From assembly GCA_949538655.1 (NCBI GenBank), contig CATISE010000082.1, positions 1 through 45,004 on the forward strand: 45,004 bases of DNA. Direction: 5' to 3'. The notes beneath the pieces are model-generated. The model was not told where the DNA came from and searched no databases. It saw only the letters and a program-made list of their open reading frames with translations. A program made the position numbers and the translations under genes. Positions 20,285-30,244 of the stretch are shown here, one piece after another (the stretch's first letter is position 1; every line of letters starts with the position of its first letter). The DNA comes from Marine Group II euryarchaeote MED-G33 (lineage in GTDB: Archaea > Thermoplasmatota > Poseidoniia > Poseidoniales > Thalassarchaeaceae).

Positions 20285-20862
20285 GCCGAAATCGTGTGCA
20301 TAAATCCCTTCATTGGGAGTTTCTGCTCACGTGCAACCAATAGTAGAGCCATCCACAATGTCACGGGTCCAAGAGCCCGTCTTTTCCTCTGTGCGCGCCG
20401 CATCACTTCTTTTCGATCTAGACCCGATGTTTGTGCAATTTGGTCTAACAGTTCTGTGATATGACTTGATGCAGGATCAACAGGCGTTGATTCAACCGGG
20501 ATGGTTTCGGGTTCCACCACAGTACTTACCTCATCGATAGATTCCGCCTTTACTCCCCTGGGCAATGGAGGTGGATTTTCCAGTAATCGCATTGTAGGCA
20601 ACCAACCGAATGGGACCTCAATCGAAGAAATGTCGAATGCTGGCATCAATCCGTCAGAGTTTTGATCTAGCCAACTCGAATTGAGTAGATTGTCCCGTAC
20701 GCGCGTGGCAGTCTCCATGTCGAACCAACCCAAATCAAAGGCCCATATTCTACACACTGCCTCTCCATCTATCGATTCACCATTGTGATTTTGCCAAGTA
20801 TGTGCAAGTAAAATCGCGATATCGGGTGCTAAATCCATCTCAGAAGTCATGTGAATGTTCAT
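20281..20862 (-). CDS. DUF2240-like archaeal hypothetical protein
   Basis: WAFDLGWF...PAFDISSIEVPFGWLP, an acidic linker and C-terminal ALLLVARE. Start uncertain (20850-20910). Confidence 0.65.
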   Translation of the reverse strand: MNIHMTSEMDLAPDIAILLAHTWQNHNGESIDGEAVCRIWAFDLGWFDMETATRVRDNLLNSSWLDQNSDGLMPAFDISSIEVPFGWLPTMRLLENPPPLPRGVKAESIDEVSTVVEPETIPVESTPVDPASSHITELLDQIAQTSGLDRKEVMRRAQRKRRALGPVTLWMALLLVAREQKLPMKGFMHTISA

Positions 20863-20979
20863 GTCGACACATTCGCAGTTCTTCATCGTCGCGGGCCAAA
20901 GGTCATGCACTAGAGATTCCTGCGCGGCCTCAAACCGAAGGCTTTGAAGAGGTCGGAGTGTAATCTACGAGGCGATTGT

Positions 20980-22251
20980 ATGAGAGAATACATTGCAAGA
21001 GACCCGAAGACAGGCAAAGCACTGCGAACAGGCCGAAAGCGCAGGAATAACCTTGATTTGGCATACAAGCCTCCAGAAGGAGCTTGGGATTCTATTCCGC
21101 TTGACAGAATCATTCCACTCGCCAGTGGAGAACTTGAAATTCATTCAGTTATTTGGCGGGACAAGGAGCGATTAATGAGGCAGCATGATGCCATTAGAGC
21201 CCTGCCGCGAATACGCGGAAGGGATCAATTGGATGCACATGCGGCATTGGAGGGTGCCTTGGGCTCAATCGATACCCGATTGCGAATTGCCGGTCTGGCG
21301 AGTTTGCCATACTGTGCATTGTTGCACACTGAGAACCTGTTCGAACATTTGCATGAACTTCTCGAAGATGTTGACAGTGAGGTTCAGAAAGCCGCTCAAA
21401 AATGCCTGATCACCGTCGCTCCAGTATTCCCATCCGTTACAGAGGAAACAATGCGACGTGAACTCCGTCTAGAGGATAAACCGCGGCGCTCTTCAGCATT
21501 TGAAGCCCTCAAGCAGGTTGCCACCTCTTGGCCAGAAGTTGCCGAACTTCACATAGACGAATTGATTCGCGAGGAAGAAGGCGAACTTCGTGGAATGGCT
21601 GCCGCAATCTTACCACGGTTGGCCAAACACAAATCCGCCACACTATGGGATTTGATTGGCTGGTGTCTGCAGGATGAGGCTGTGGTTGTCAGAAGACATG
21701 CTGCACGCGCCCTCTTGCCACTGGCAGATCATGCCCCGAAAATCACTCAAATTGCTCTTGAAATAGCCTTCTTTGATGATGATGAAGCGGTACGAAATTC
21801 AGCTCTCAAGGCATCAAAGAAACTCGATCCGAATTCATTCCGAATGCAGCGATTGATCACCGATGGCACACGCCATTCAGATCGAAACATTCGCTTGTCG
21901 TGTATCAAGATGCTTCCCATCATCATGGTCGATGCAGAAGTTCGCATCCAGGCGTCAGAGTTACTGGAATAAGAAACCGATAGTGAAATCAGAAAATTAC
22001 TCGAGGAATTGATGATTGACGATTCACTTGAAGGAACCGAGGCCCAGAAAAATGCATATCTCGCACCCGCTGAAAAAGTGGAGATGGATGAGGGTTCGAT
22101 AAGTCTCCCTCCGGCCCCTGTTGTATTGCAATCAGAGGTGGAAAAAAAGCCCAAAGAACCCTCTCGAATGCCAGACCCAATCAGGCGACCCAGTCAAGAT
22201 GATATCTTCTATGGCGAAGAATTTGACGATGGAAATGATGGTCTTGTTTGA
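20980..22251 (+). pseudogene. HEAT-repeat protein interrupted by one in-frame TAA at 21970-21972
   Basis: HEAT-like repeats (LQDEAVVVRRHAARAL, FDDDEAVRNSAL). After TAA the same frame continues ETDSEIRKLLEELMIDD... to TGA at 22251. Confidence 0.7.
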
Positions 22252-22259
22252 GATTATTT

Positions 22260-22274
22260 CTCCCCGTAGGGGAG
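22260..22274. promoter_or_regulatory. Inverted repeat CTCCCC-GTA-GGGGAG followed by TATA-like GTTAAAG
   Basis: 6-bp stem with 3-nt loop; TTAAAG lies ~10 nt downstream and ~40 nt before ATG 22324. Confidence 0.5.
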
Positions 22275-22323
22275 GCGGCACGGTTAAAGAGGGGCGGAAG
22301 GTCGCCGACGCCGAGGAATCTGC

Positions 22324-22539
22324 ATGAGTGACGAAGAGTTCGACTCAAAGCGTGAGCAGTTCAGCAATCTGTGGGACGGCGTGACACCCAAAGGGGTCAA
22401 CCGAACCAAGGCCCTCAAATTCCGTCAATATATCCGTGAACACGTCCGCCAAAAGCGAGTGGCGCTGACTCGGGAAAACTGCGAGAAGTACTGGATGGGT
22501 GAATTGCAGAAGGAAATGCGCGACGCGGAGACCTTCTGA
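22324..22539 (+). CDS. Small hypothetical protein (71 aa)
   Basis: Promoter-like sequence and GAGGA upstream; helical charged sequence; 14 nt before the helicase gene. Confidence 0.75.
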   Translation: MSDEEFDSKREQFSNLWDGVTPKGVNRTKALKFRQYIREHVRQKRVALTRENCEKYWMGELQKEMRDAETF

Positions 22540-22553
22540 ACGAGCTGACACAA

Positions 22554-23981
22554 ATGTCTGCTGCCAATGCACTTTCGACCGTCCGTTTTTCGGATTGGGA
22601 TCTTTCTCCTGAAATTGCAAATTCCATCTCTTCGAAAGGCTGGGATTTTGCGACACCGATTCAAGCCGAGGCTATCCCACTTGCCCGTTCTGGGCGCGAC
22701 ATTGTTGGACAAGCCCGCACGGGGTCTGGAAAGACTGCAGCGTTTGGAATTCCAATCATCGAGAATTGTAAACCAACCGGCGTGACCCAGGCATTGGTAC
22801 TTTGTCCAACTCGTGAATTGGCAACACAGGTTGGCGAGGAGATGCAGTGGCTACAAGGTGAAAAGGGTCTCAAATTTGTCACAGTGTATGGTGGTACAGA
22901 TATTGACAAGCAGGCGAAAGTCCTCGATAGTGGCTGCGACATCATTGTCGGCACGCCCGGCCGTGTAATCGATATGAGTAAACGTGGTCATATCGATTTG
23001 GAGAATATCACACACTTCGCTCTTGATGAAGCAGATCGAATGTTGGACATGGGTTTCTTCCCCGATATCCTGTGGTGCCTTGAGCGCTTGACAAATCGAC
23101 AGCAGACACTTCTCTTTTCAGCAACATTCCCACAAGAGGTCCTTGAAGCAGCCAATGAATTCATTTCTGATGCTGAGCACATCATGAGTGATGACTTGGA
23201 TGTTGAAGTTCCAGAAATCGATCAGTTCATGGTTAGAATCGGTCGTGCAAACAAACTCTGGGTTCTGGGTCGCCTGATGGTCCGTCTGACAAAGGAAGAC
23301 CAAGTGATTATTTTCACCAATACAAAACGAATGGTGGACCTATTGGTCGAACGCCTAGATCGTCATCGATTCTCATCAACAGGATTGCATGGCGATATGG
23401 CCCAAAATAAACGTGAGAGAATCATCAGTGATTTCCGTGATGGAAAGACTCGTGTTGTTATTGCAACAGATGTTGCCGCACGTGGGTTGGATGTCGACGG
23501 CGTAACCATGGTTGTCAATTATGACATCCCCTCGGATTCAGAATCTTATGTCCATCGAATTGGTCGAACCGGGCGAATGGGTCGAAAGGGAGAAGCATGG
23601 TCGTTTGTCTCTGGTGAAGATGCACCAAACATGACGAAAATCATCTCGACATGGAACATGGTTGTGCAGGAGGTTGAAGCTCCTGAACTTCCAGATGGTG
23701 TCGATCGAGATCCAGTCCGAAAGCAAATGGATTGGGGTGAAAGTGCAGATGTTTTCGGCATGGTCCCACTCCGTTTGTCGACCAATGAGACCTCAAAATT
23801 GGCGATTCATTGTTTTGTTACAGATCAAGCACGTCTTCCCGACTTGGCCATAGGACAAATTCGAGCCGACGGTACTGAAGCGATTGTTGAAATTCACAGG
23901 GAGAAGGCACAGCACGCACTGGATGCCCTCAAAGGTAAATCGATGAATGGTTCGAATATCAATGTGCAAATTGCAAATTGA
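22554..23981 (+). CDS. DEAD-box RNA helicase with C-terminal DbpA-like RNA-binding domain
   Basis: Q motif TPIQ, ARTGSGKT, PTRELA, TPGR, DEAD, SAT, ARGLD and HRIGRTGR. Confidence 0.96.
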   Translation: MSAANALSTVRFSDWDLSPEIANSISSKGWDFATPIQAEAIPLARSGRDIVGQARTGSGKTAAFGIPIIENCKPTGVTQALVLCPTRELATQVGEEMQWLQGEKGLKFVTVYGGTDIDKQAKVLDSGCDIIVGTPGRVIDMSKRGHIDLENITHFALDEADRMLDMGFFPDILWCLERLTNRQQTLLFSATFPQEVLEAANEFISDAEHIMSDDLDVEVPEIDQFMVRIGRANKLWVLGRLMVRLTKEDQVIIFTNTKRMVDLLVERLDRHRFSSTGLHGDMAQNKRERIISDFRDGKTRVVIATDVAARGLDVDGVTMVVNYDIPSDSESYVHRIGRTGRMGRKGEAWSFVSGEDAPNMTKIISTWNMVVQEVEAPELPDGVDRDPVRKQMDWGESADVFGMVPLRLSTNETSKLAIHCFVTDQARLPDLAIGQIRADGTEAIVEIHREKAQHALDALKGKSMNGSNINVQIAN

Positions 23982-24941
23982 TTATTCCTCTTCGTTCACT
24001 GTTCCGGCTGGATTGACATTGAGGATGGCCAAGCCGGTAAAAATGCCTGAGAATAACCACCATCGAATGGATCGGTCCCAAACATTTGACCAAATTTTTG
24101 CCTCGTCATTTTGACATTCAGAATCTTCACATTCTTCAGCGGCTGCTTTGAACTGTAGATTTTCTTCATTCATCGTGACTTCATGGGTAGCCCATATTGC
24201 AATCACCGCGCAAAGGATAAGGGTGACAATAGATACCCTCGGTAGCGATTCCCGGACTTTGATTTGGTTAAATTTCGGAATGTCTGAAAGCGATGGTTTC
24301 ACTTCCCGGTCTAGATTGCCATTCCGGTTTAATTGGATGTACCAAATAATCCAAAACAATACGAGTAATATCAGGAATCCTTGTCTAAAAATGAATTCGT
24401 GCATTTCATTCATTTGCGCCTCCCCATATTGCATTCCAATCGGGTATAGGGCAACCAGCCTGAGAAAATTCAGAAATTGAACAATCGCAATCATTCCAAT
24501 CAATGATCGTTGACGTATACTTCGTTCTACGCCCGGTGTAAGCAACATCAATACTCCAAGGAACATAGTTTCGTGAACACCCGCACACTCAGCATCGATG
24601 TAGAGCGGCACTTCTCCATAATTGAAACCAGAACCGATGAGGTTGACTCCCGTCCAAGACTGTGAGGGGCCATGGAATACAAGTTCGGCAGAACCAGGCC
24701 AGATGAGATTGGAAACGCCAGTCCATAACCAAGCCAAGAGGACCTGTAGAGGTTCTAGGCTCGCAGAAGGTTCAGTCCCCCACCAGTAGATGATTTCGAC
24801 AAGGACCAATGCGAGGGGAATACGGAGATAGCCATAGGCCATTTCACCCACTTCAGACCATGTCAGGTCATCCTTTTGGCCCCCCTTTTTGTTCCCTCGC
24901 ACAACCATCCCAAGACCCATTCCCGCTTCAATCCCTCTCAT
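23982..24941 (-). CDS. Exosortase/archaeosortase family membrane protein
   Basis: Multi-TM; IDAECAG (Cys), NFLR (Arg) and MH (His) in the order expected for the catalytic triad. Start uncertain (24908-24941). Confidence 0.8.
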   Translation of the reverse strand: MRGIEAGMGLGMVVRGNKKGGQKDDLTWSEVGEMAYGYLRIPLALVLVEIIYWWGTEPSASLEPLQVLLAWLWTGVSNLIWPGSAELVFHGPSQSWTGVNLIGSGFNYGEVPLYIDAECAGVHETMFLGVLMLLTPGVERSIRQRSLIGMIAIVQFLNFLRLVALYPIGMQYGEAQMNEMHEFIFRQGFLILLVLFWIIWYIQLNRNGNLDREVKPSLSDIPKFNQIKVRESLPRVSIVTLILCAVIAIWATHEVTMNEENLQFKAAAEECEDSECQNDEAKIWSNVWDRSIRWWLFSGIFTGLAILNVNPAGTVNEEE

Positions 24942-24986
24942 CAAATCCCCGACGAATTGAAGAAAGGAGAGCACCCGCCCTAGAAC

Positions 24987-25232
24987 ATGGCACATGCTGG
25001 GGCAGACACCACTCTGGATGTGCTGGGTTTTCATTGCCCAGTACCAGTCCATGAAACCAAACGTGCATTGTCAAAAATGTCTGCAGGAGAGGTCATTTTG
25101 GTGATGGCAGATGACCCTGAAACCAAAATCGATATTCCAGCACTCTTGAATAGAAGTGGCGACACACTTCTGGATGTAGAGGAAGAGGCAGGGGAATACC
25201 ACTACCGCATTCGCAAGGAGGCCAAAGAATGA
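24987..25232 (+). CDS. TusA/SirA family sulfur carrier protein
   Basis: LDVLGFHCPVP...GEVILVMADDP, 81 aa. Confidence 0.9.
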   Translation: MAHAGADTTLDVLGFHCPVPVHETKRALSKMSAGEVILVMADDPETKIDIPALLNRSGDTLLDVEEEAGEYHYRIRKEAKE

Positions 25233-25852
25233 CATCGATTGTAGAGACTGATGATATTCCAGCAGATGCTAGGTTGCCTACCAATCATGGTGAGTTTCGA
25301 ATTCGTGTATTCCATGACCAAAGTACTGGCTTTGATCACGTCGCATTGACATTGGGCGATATGAGTGGACCAGATTCAGTTTTGGTGCGCATGCATTCCG
25401 AATGTCTAACCGGTGATGCATTTGGATCTGAAAGATGTGACTGTGGCCCACAGCTTGATTCCGCCCTGCAAGCCATTCAGGAGCATGGTTGGGGTTGTTT
25501 GCTGTATTTGCGTCAAGAAGGCCGTGGAATCGGTTTACACGCGAAAATTCAAGCGTACAACCTGCAAGATCAAGGTGCGGACACTCTCGATGCGAATCTG
25601 ATGCTCGGTCATCCTGCCGACGCTCGGGACTACAGTATCGCTGCCGACATGCTTCTTGCCGTTGGGATTAGTGACGTTTGCTTACTCACCAACAATCCCG
25701 ACAAAGTTTCGGCACTTCAAGAACTGGGCATTACAGTTTCAGAGCGAAAACCATTGATTGTAGGAATCAACGAAGAAAACCTCGCTTACTTGGAAACCAA
25801 GGCCAAACGCATGGGTCATGAAATTTCACAGCATGAGCTCGGAATTGAGTAA
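25229..25852 (+). CDS. ribA: GTP cyclohydrolase II
   Basis: VRMHSECLTGDAFGSERCDCG, YLRQEGRGIGL, LLTNNPDK and YLETKAKRMGH; ATGA overlap with the TusA-like gene. Confidence 0.96.
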   Translation: MTSIVETDDIPADARLPTNHGEFRIRVFHDQSTGFDHVALTLGDMSGPDSVLVRMHSECLTGDAFGSERCDCGPQLDSALQAIQEHGWGCLLYLRQEGRGIGLHAKIQAYNLQDQGADTLDANLMLGHPADARDYSIAADMLLAVGISDVCLLTNNPDKVSALQELGITVSERKPLIVGINEENLAYLETKAKRMGHEISQHELGIE

Positions 25853-25855
25853 AGG

Positions 25856-25928
25856 GGCCGCGACCGGGAGTTGAACCCGGGGTGGCAGAGCCACAATCTA
25901 CCGTCCTAACCACTAGACCACCGCAGCC
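25856..25928 (-). tRNA. tRNA-His (GTG)
   Basis: Cloverleaf G-GCTGCGG...GTAGA-TTGTGGC-TCTGC...CCGGG-TTCAACT-CCCGG-TCGCGGC-C; encoded G-1 and C73; CCA not encoded (CCT follows). Confidence 0.95.
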
Positions 25929-26045
25929 ACGATGTAAATCGGCGACCTGCGCTCGGTATTTCAAGCAAGCGCAGTGCGTTGCTACACGTAATACGCATAC
26001 GCACGCAAGCGAGGGATTGAAGGGGCTGCTCGGTAGCGCAGGTTC

Positions 26046-28517
26046 ATGCACACCCGCAGGCTATCGGTTCTGATGGTCGTTCTGCTCACGTTCTCGCTCA
26101 TGACGGCCCCTGTGAGTGGTGACACAGTCATCCGCTCAGAAACTGTTGATTTGTTACCCGCGGGCACTTTCGACAATGCTTCAGAATGGGACCTTTCTAC
26201 CAATAAGGCTTACAGTTCCGATCCAGCTGAATACTCTCAATCGATGGTTGCCGATGGACGGCTTTCATTCACACACAATCGTCCTGCCAATTTCAATGAA
26301 ATTAGTGCATGGTCATCAGTCTCCCCTACAGGAGATAACCTTTCCACCGGTAATCCTGACTGTTTCAAACCTGTATCTGACCCTGTTTGTGACAATGATT
26401 TGGACGGCGATTCAGATGGAGGTTTTTCGTGGACTAAAGGACCCATTATCGAACTGTCTGGTTTTGATTTAAGTGCTGGTTCAGATTATGAAATCTCGAA
26501 TGTGTCCCTTACGGTTGCATTCCGTGTCCCAGATGCCCTTCAACAGGACAGTGTGCAATTCATTATTGAATCCGAAGGCACGCAACACTTGGTCCGAACA
26601 TATGCACATACCATGGGTGAATTGAACCATATGAATTACAATGCACATGTCTATTCCCTTGACGGCATTAAAAACTGGACTTGGAGTGAATTGTCAAATC
26701 TCAAAATCATGCTGGATTACGTGTCTCAGGGTGAATTTGACGACACAGAACTGCAAGTTGACGCAGCCGGACTAATTGTCAAATATTTACAACCCTGGGG
26801 GACCTTTGAATTGGCTCAAGCATCACATCTTGTCTCCTTCGATGAATTCCCAGTGATCAATGTAAATCCAACCACGGGTATTCACCAAGATCTTTTGCAA
26901 TCTCCTTGTGGGCTGGAAAATTCGGCTCAGAATTCAGGAACATGGGATACAGTACCAATTTCACTGCCATATCAACAGGCATGGGGCCGGTTCCATCCCG
27001 ATGTTGTTGGCAATGCGAGTTGGCAATACTCCACCTCTGATGATGGTCAAACTTGGTCGCCCCCTGGTTCAATTTCGGCTGGTGAATTATTGCAAACCAG
27101 TGCAGAGTATCTCAAATTCCATGCAACACTTTACGATGGTTGCATTGAAGATTTGAATGTCGACATCAACGATCCGACACTAACAATTCAGGGCGAAATT
27201 ATAGGCGAAGTTCTGTCGATGGTACCCAATTTTGCCAAATTACGAATCGCGATGAATGGTGAAGAGGTTGCATCCTACGAAATTTCTGCTAACAATTCCA
27301 CATTTGAACTGACTGCCTCTGTAGGGCACCTACTATCTGCGGATGGCGGGGATGTAGAAGTTGGTTTGTCGACCCGATTCCATTGGTCCAGTGATGGAAG
27401 TTCAGAGAATATCGTAGTACATGTGGAAACAATGAGTATTGTTGGTGGTTTCCTGATTGAATGGGATCGTGATCCTGTTTGTGATGGTCAAAACGACCAG
27501 GTGTTTGAGGAAGATGGCGGTGGTCGGTTGCTTGATTTCCTGTATACCTGTACAGATGATTTCACATCAAACAACGACCTTTCCGTCACAGTTTCCAGTG
27601 CTGACACTTCGATTCTAGATGCAAATTTTGTCAATGGACAGATTCGCCTCCAACCACTTCCCAATGCCCATGGCGACACCACTGCTACAATCACAGTGAT
27701 GGATGAGCGCCAAAATACGTGGACTGACGAAATATCTGTATTAATCTCAGCAATCGATGATTCACCAGAAATGGATTCCCTCCCACCAACGATTACCTTA
27801 GAAATCGATGATCCGATTTCAATACCATTCGCATATTGGGATTCAGACACAGCATCAAACTTGGTCGATATTCAGATTACCCCCGCCTGGGCCGTTTTCT
27901 CAGCAGGTGAAATTGTACTCGATCCAAGCAGCATGGGTACATACACAATGATGATTTCAATTTCTGATGAACAAACAGTTGTGAGTCAGAATGTCACTAT
28001 TATCGTCACCCAGAGGGCTAATGTGTGGGTGCAGAGTATCGGAATACTTGATCGTAACACTGGTGAAAACTCAGTCATCGAAGGAAATGACATCGGAATC
28101 GATGTGTTTGTCCGAAATAGTGGAAACAGTATCGCGCAACCCGTGACGATACGCTGTTCAGTAAATGGGCAAACAATTGGAACACCTCAAATCGCAATGA
28201 TTTCTCCAGGGGGACTTGAAACGGCTTCCTGTGATGAGTGGAATCGCTTGGACATTCAATCAGGCGAGGTGACATTGGAAATTGAGATTGATTGGACGGA
28301 CGTAGTAGATGAAACAAATGAAGTCGACAACTTATGGTCAACCACGATTACCGTCCAAGATCGAAATCTAGAGTCCAGTGACTCAAGCAATAATGAACAA
28401 TCAACCCCATTTTTGAAGGAATACAATTCAACCCTCTGGATTACTGTCATTGTGTTAGGTTTGCTCACTTTGATGGTATTCTTGTATGGTCCCAACCAAA
28501 TTCGTAAGATCGACTAG
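26046..28517 (+). CDS. Secreted surface protein with Ig/cadherin-like and CARDB domains, C-terminal TM anchor
   Basis: Signal peptide; EDGG...PNAHG Ig-like repeat; VRNSGN...DWTDVVDETNEVDN (CARDB); C-terminal TM helix. Confidence 0.8.
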   Translation: MHTRRLSVLMVVLLTFSLMTAPVSGDTVIRSETVDLLPAGTFDNASEWDLSTNKAYSSDPAEYSQSMVADGRLSFTHNRPANFNEISAWSSVSPTGDNLSTGNPDCFKPVSDPVCDNDLDGDSDGGFSWTKGPIIELSGFDLSAGSDYEISNVSLTVAFRVPDALQQDSVQFIIESEGTQHLVRTYAHTMGELNHMNYNAHVYSLDGIKNWTWSELSNLKIMLDYVSQGEFDDTELQVDAAGLIVKYLQPWGTFELAQASHLVSFDEFPVINVNPTTGIHQDLLQSPCGLENSAQNSGTWDTVPISLPYQQAWGRFHPDVVGNASWQYSTSDDGQTWSPPGSISAGELLQTSAEYLKFHATLYDGCIEDLNVDINDPTLTIQGEIIGEVLSMVPNFAKLRIAMNGEEVASYEISANNSTFELTASVGHLLSADGGDVEVGLSTRFHWSSDGSSENIVVHVETMSIVGGFLIEWDRDPVCDGQNDQVFEEDGGGRLLDFLYTCTDDFTSNNDLSVTVSSADTSILDANFVNGQIRLQPLPNAHGDTTATITVMDERQNTWTDEISVLISAIDDSPEMDSLPPTITLEIDDPISIPFAYWDSDTASNLVDIQITPAWAVFSAGEIVLDPSSMGTYTMMISISDEQTVVSQNVTIIVTQRANVWVQSIGILDRNTGENSVIEGNDIGIDVFVRNSGNSIAQPVTIRCSVNGQTIGTPQIAMISPGGLETASCDEWNRLDIQSGEVTLEIEIDWTDVVDETNEVDNLWSTTITVQDRNLESSDSSNNEQSTPFLKEYNSTLWITVIVLGLLTLMVFLYGPNQIRKID

Positions 28518-28660
28518 TGGTTTTCGAGTGTAAAAAACTCCATGTGGGCTGATAATGCATTTTTCTGCCTGAATCATTATACGGGGTAGTCGCTTCTAAG
28601 GGCTGTTCCCACAATGATTGGTGCTCCAATCAGGGGGTGGGTACAGGGGTGGTTATACAC

Positions 28661-28726
28661 ATGGCGAAACTAAAGATTCGTCTCGAAACAGAGACGTGGG
28701 TATTCGAAGAATTTGAACAAGCATGA
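28661..28726 (+). CDS. Candidate micro-protein MAKLKIRLETETWVFEEFEQA (21 aa)
   Basis: ATG preceded by duplicated SD-like CAGGGG(G)TGG; stop lies 3 nt from the convergent cbf5 stop. Confidence 0.45.
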   Translation: MAKLKIRLETETWVFEEFEQA

Positions 28727-28729
28727 TGC

Positions 28730-29704
28730 TCAAAGATCAGCAGGGGAATCGTTCTTTTTCCAAGTACGCGGATATGTTTCCGGCGGTAGGAACACTGCAT
28801 CTGGGTGTGCGATTTCTCCTTCCTTCATTTCTGCGACCATTTCGGAACGCGTATGCATTGTTGCCAAAGCGACCAACTCTTCCTTTAGAGTCACCAATCT
28901 GACTTTATCTCCTCGTTCCAAATTATCAGAGATAGACGCGATTCCAGGGCGCATTAAGGGTGCACCATGCGCAATAGCAGCTGCGGCACCATCCTTCACT
29001 ACAATTTTCGGCAGATCCTGCACAAGTGACTCAATCGGTGTCAAAATTCTGCGTATGGCAACTTCTTCTCCCTTCTCTTGCCAAAGCCAAATGGCATCCT
29101 TTAGATCTTGAAGAGTGATAGATTGTGGCTCTTTAAACCGACCTGATTGGGTTCTCCTCAATTCTTTGAGTTCAACAGGGTGTCCAATTAACAAGCCCAA
29201 ATCACGAGCGAAGGTACGGATGTATGTTCCCGCTTCACAGGTGACTTCAATTGCAGCATCACGGCCATCTACCTCGATGAGTCTAGTTTGTATTTGACGA
29301 CTCCGAACTTGTATCTTCACGGCTGAAATTTCAGGCGGCACATTGTACACCTGACCCGATAGTTGAGAAACCGCCCGGCCCAAAACCTCCGCATCAAAAT
29401 TTCTAGATCCCCGAATAACCCCGACATAGGTTTTATCGTGACTGAGAACTTTTTTTGTCAATCTCATTGATCGACCGGCTAGAAGTACCAGAACACCTGT
29501 TGCAAAGGGATCCAGTGTCCCACCATGTCCAAGCTTCTCTACGCCGAGTATATCCCTGGCCCAAGCAGAGACTTGGTGACTATTTGGGCCGGCTGGCTTG
29601 TCGATTACAACCATCCCCCCCTGGAGTAGTTGCTCAATAGATCTCTCAGAAGGTATGCAGCCATGGGCTGGTGACGTTTTGGCATCAGCATCTAAAATAA
29701 TCAA
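28730..29704 (-). CDS. cbf5: H/ACA RNP pseudouridine synthase Cbf5 (TruB family, with PUA domain)
   Basis: IDKPAGPNSHQV, GHGGTLDPFATGVL, CEAGTYIR, ELRRT and AIAHGAPLMRPGI; TTG start overlaps the cmk stop. Confidence 0.95.
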   Translation of the reverse strand: MIILDADAKTSPAHGCIPSERSIEQLLQGGMVVIDKPAGPNSHQVSAWARDILGVEKLGHGGTLDPFATGVLVLLAGRSMRLTKKVLSHDKTYVGVIRGSRNFDAEVLGRAVSQLSGQVYNVPPEISAVKIQVRSRQIQTRLIEVDGRDAAIEVTCEAGTYIRTFARDLGLLIGHPVELKELRRTQSGRFKEPQSITLQDLKDAIWLWQEKGEEVAIRRILTPIESLVQDLPKIVVKDGAAAAIAHGAPLMRPGIASISDNLERGDKVRLVTLKEELVALATMHTRSEMVAEMKEGEIAHPDAVFLPPETYPRTWKKNDSPADL

Positions 29705-30243
29705 TTGTATTCCTCCAAATGTTTGAGCACATCGCGCAAGATCTCTTCAGCATTTTTTACATCAGAATCGATGACATGAGTATAGGGGATGTGTGAATTG
29801 ATATCAAGGCCATAAAATTGCATGTAGCGAGATGCATCAGAATTCATTCTCCCGCGAATTAGATTCAATTGCTCGTCGATTGAGCCACCCTCACGTTCGA
29901 CAACCCGTTCTGCACGAACTCGTTCGCTGACATCAATCCAAATTCGAGGGCACTGTAAGTTGTTCTTGTAAGCCCACCAACCTGACAACCGACTTTCGAC
30001 AATCTCAGGACTGTCCGGTGAAAGCATTGTCTCGACGAGAAGTTTGTCGAGGGCTTGATCAACAGAATCATCCTCCTTGCATTTCTCTCCAAATTCCTCT
30101 AATGAAAGGCCTTGTTCCTCTGCCATGTCACGAAAAACTTGGCCCCCATTCAGTTTGTTCCAGTTCAGGGTCTGGCACAAACCACTGACAAGTGTACTCG
30201 TTCCAGAACCAGGATGTCCACTAATCGTCACCCTAGCAGCCAC
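29701..30243 (-). CDS. cmk: Cytidylate kinase (archaeal type)
   Basis: VTISGHPGSGTST, GQVFRDMA, ESRLSGW and RYMQFYGLD; GTG start at 30243 with GGAGG upstream. Confidence 0.9.
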   Translation of the reverse strand: MAARVTISGHPGSGTSTLVSGLCQTLNWNKLNGGQVFRDMAEEQGLSLEEFGEKCKEDDSVDQALDKLLVETMLSPDSPEIVESRLSGWWAYKNNLQCPRIWIDVSERVRAERVVEREGGSIDEQLNLIRGRMNSDASRYMQFYGLDINSHIPYTHVIDSDVKNAEEILRDVLKHLEEYN

Positions 30244-30244
30244 T

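Noticed and set aside
21970..21972. Selenocysteine or pyrrolysine recoding
   Set aside because: The codon is TAA, not TGA or TAG.
25946..26043. Repeated CTGCGCT/AGCGCAG and GCTCGGTA elements upstream of tRNA-His
   Set aside because: Short matches in a GC-rich divergent promoter region; no coherent structure could be supported.
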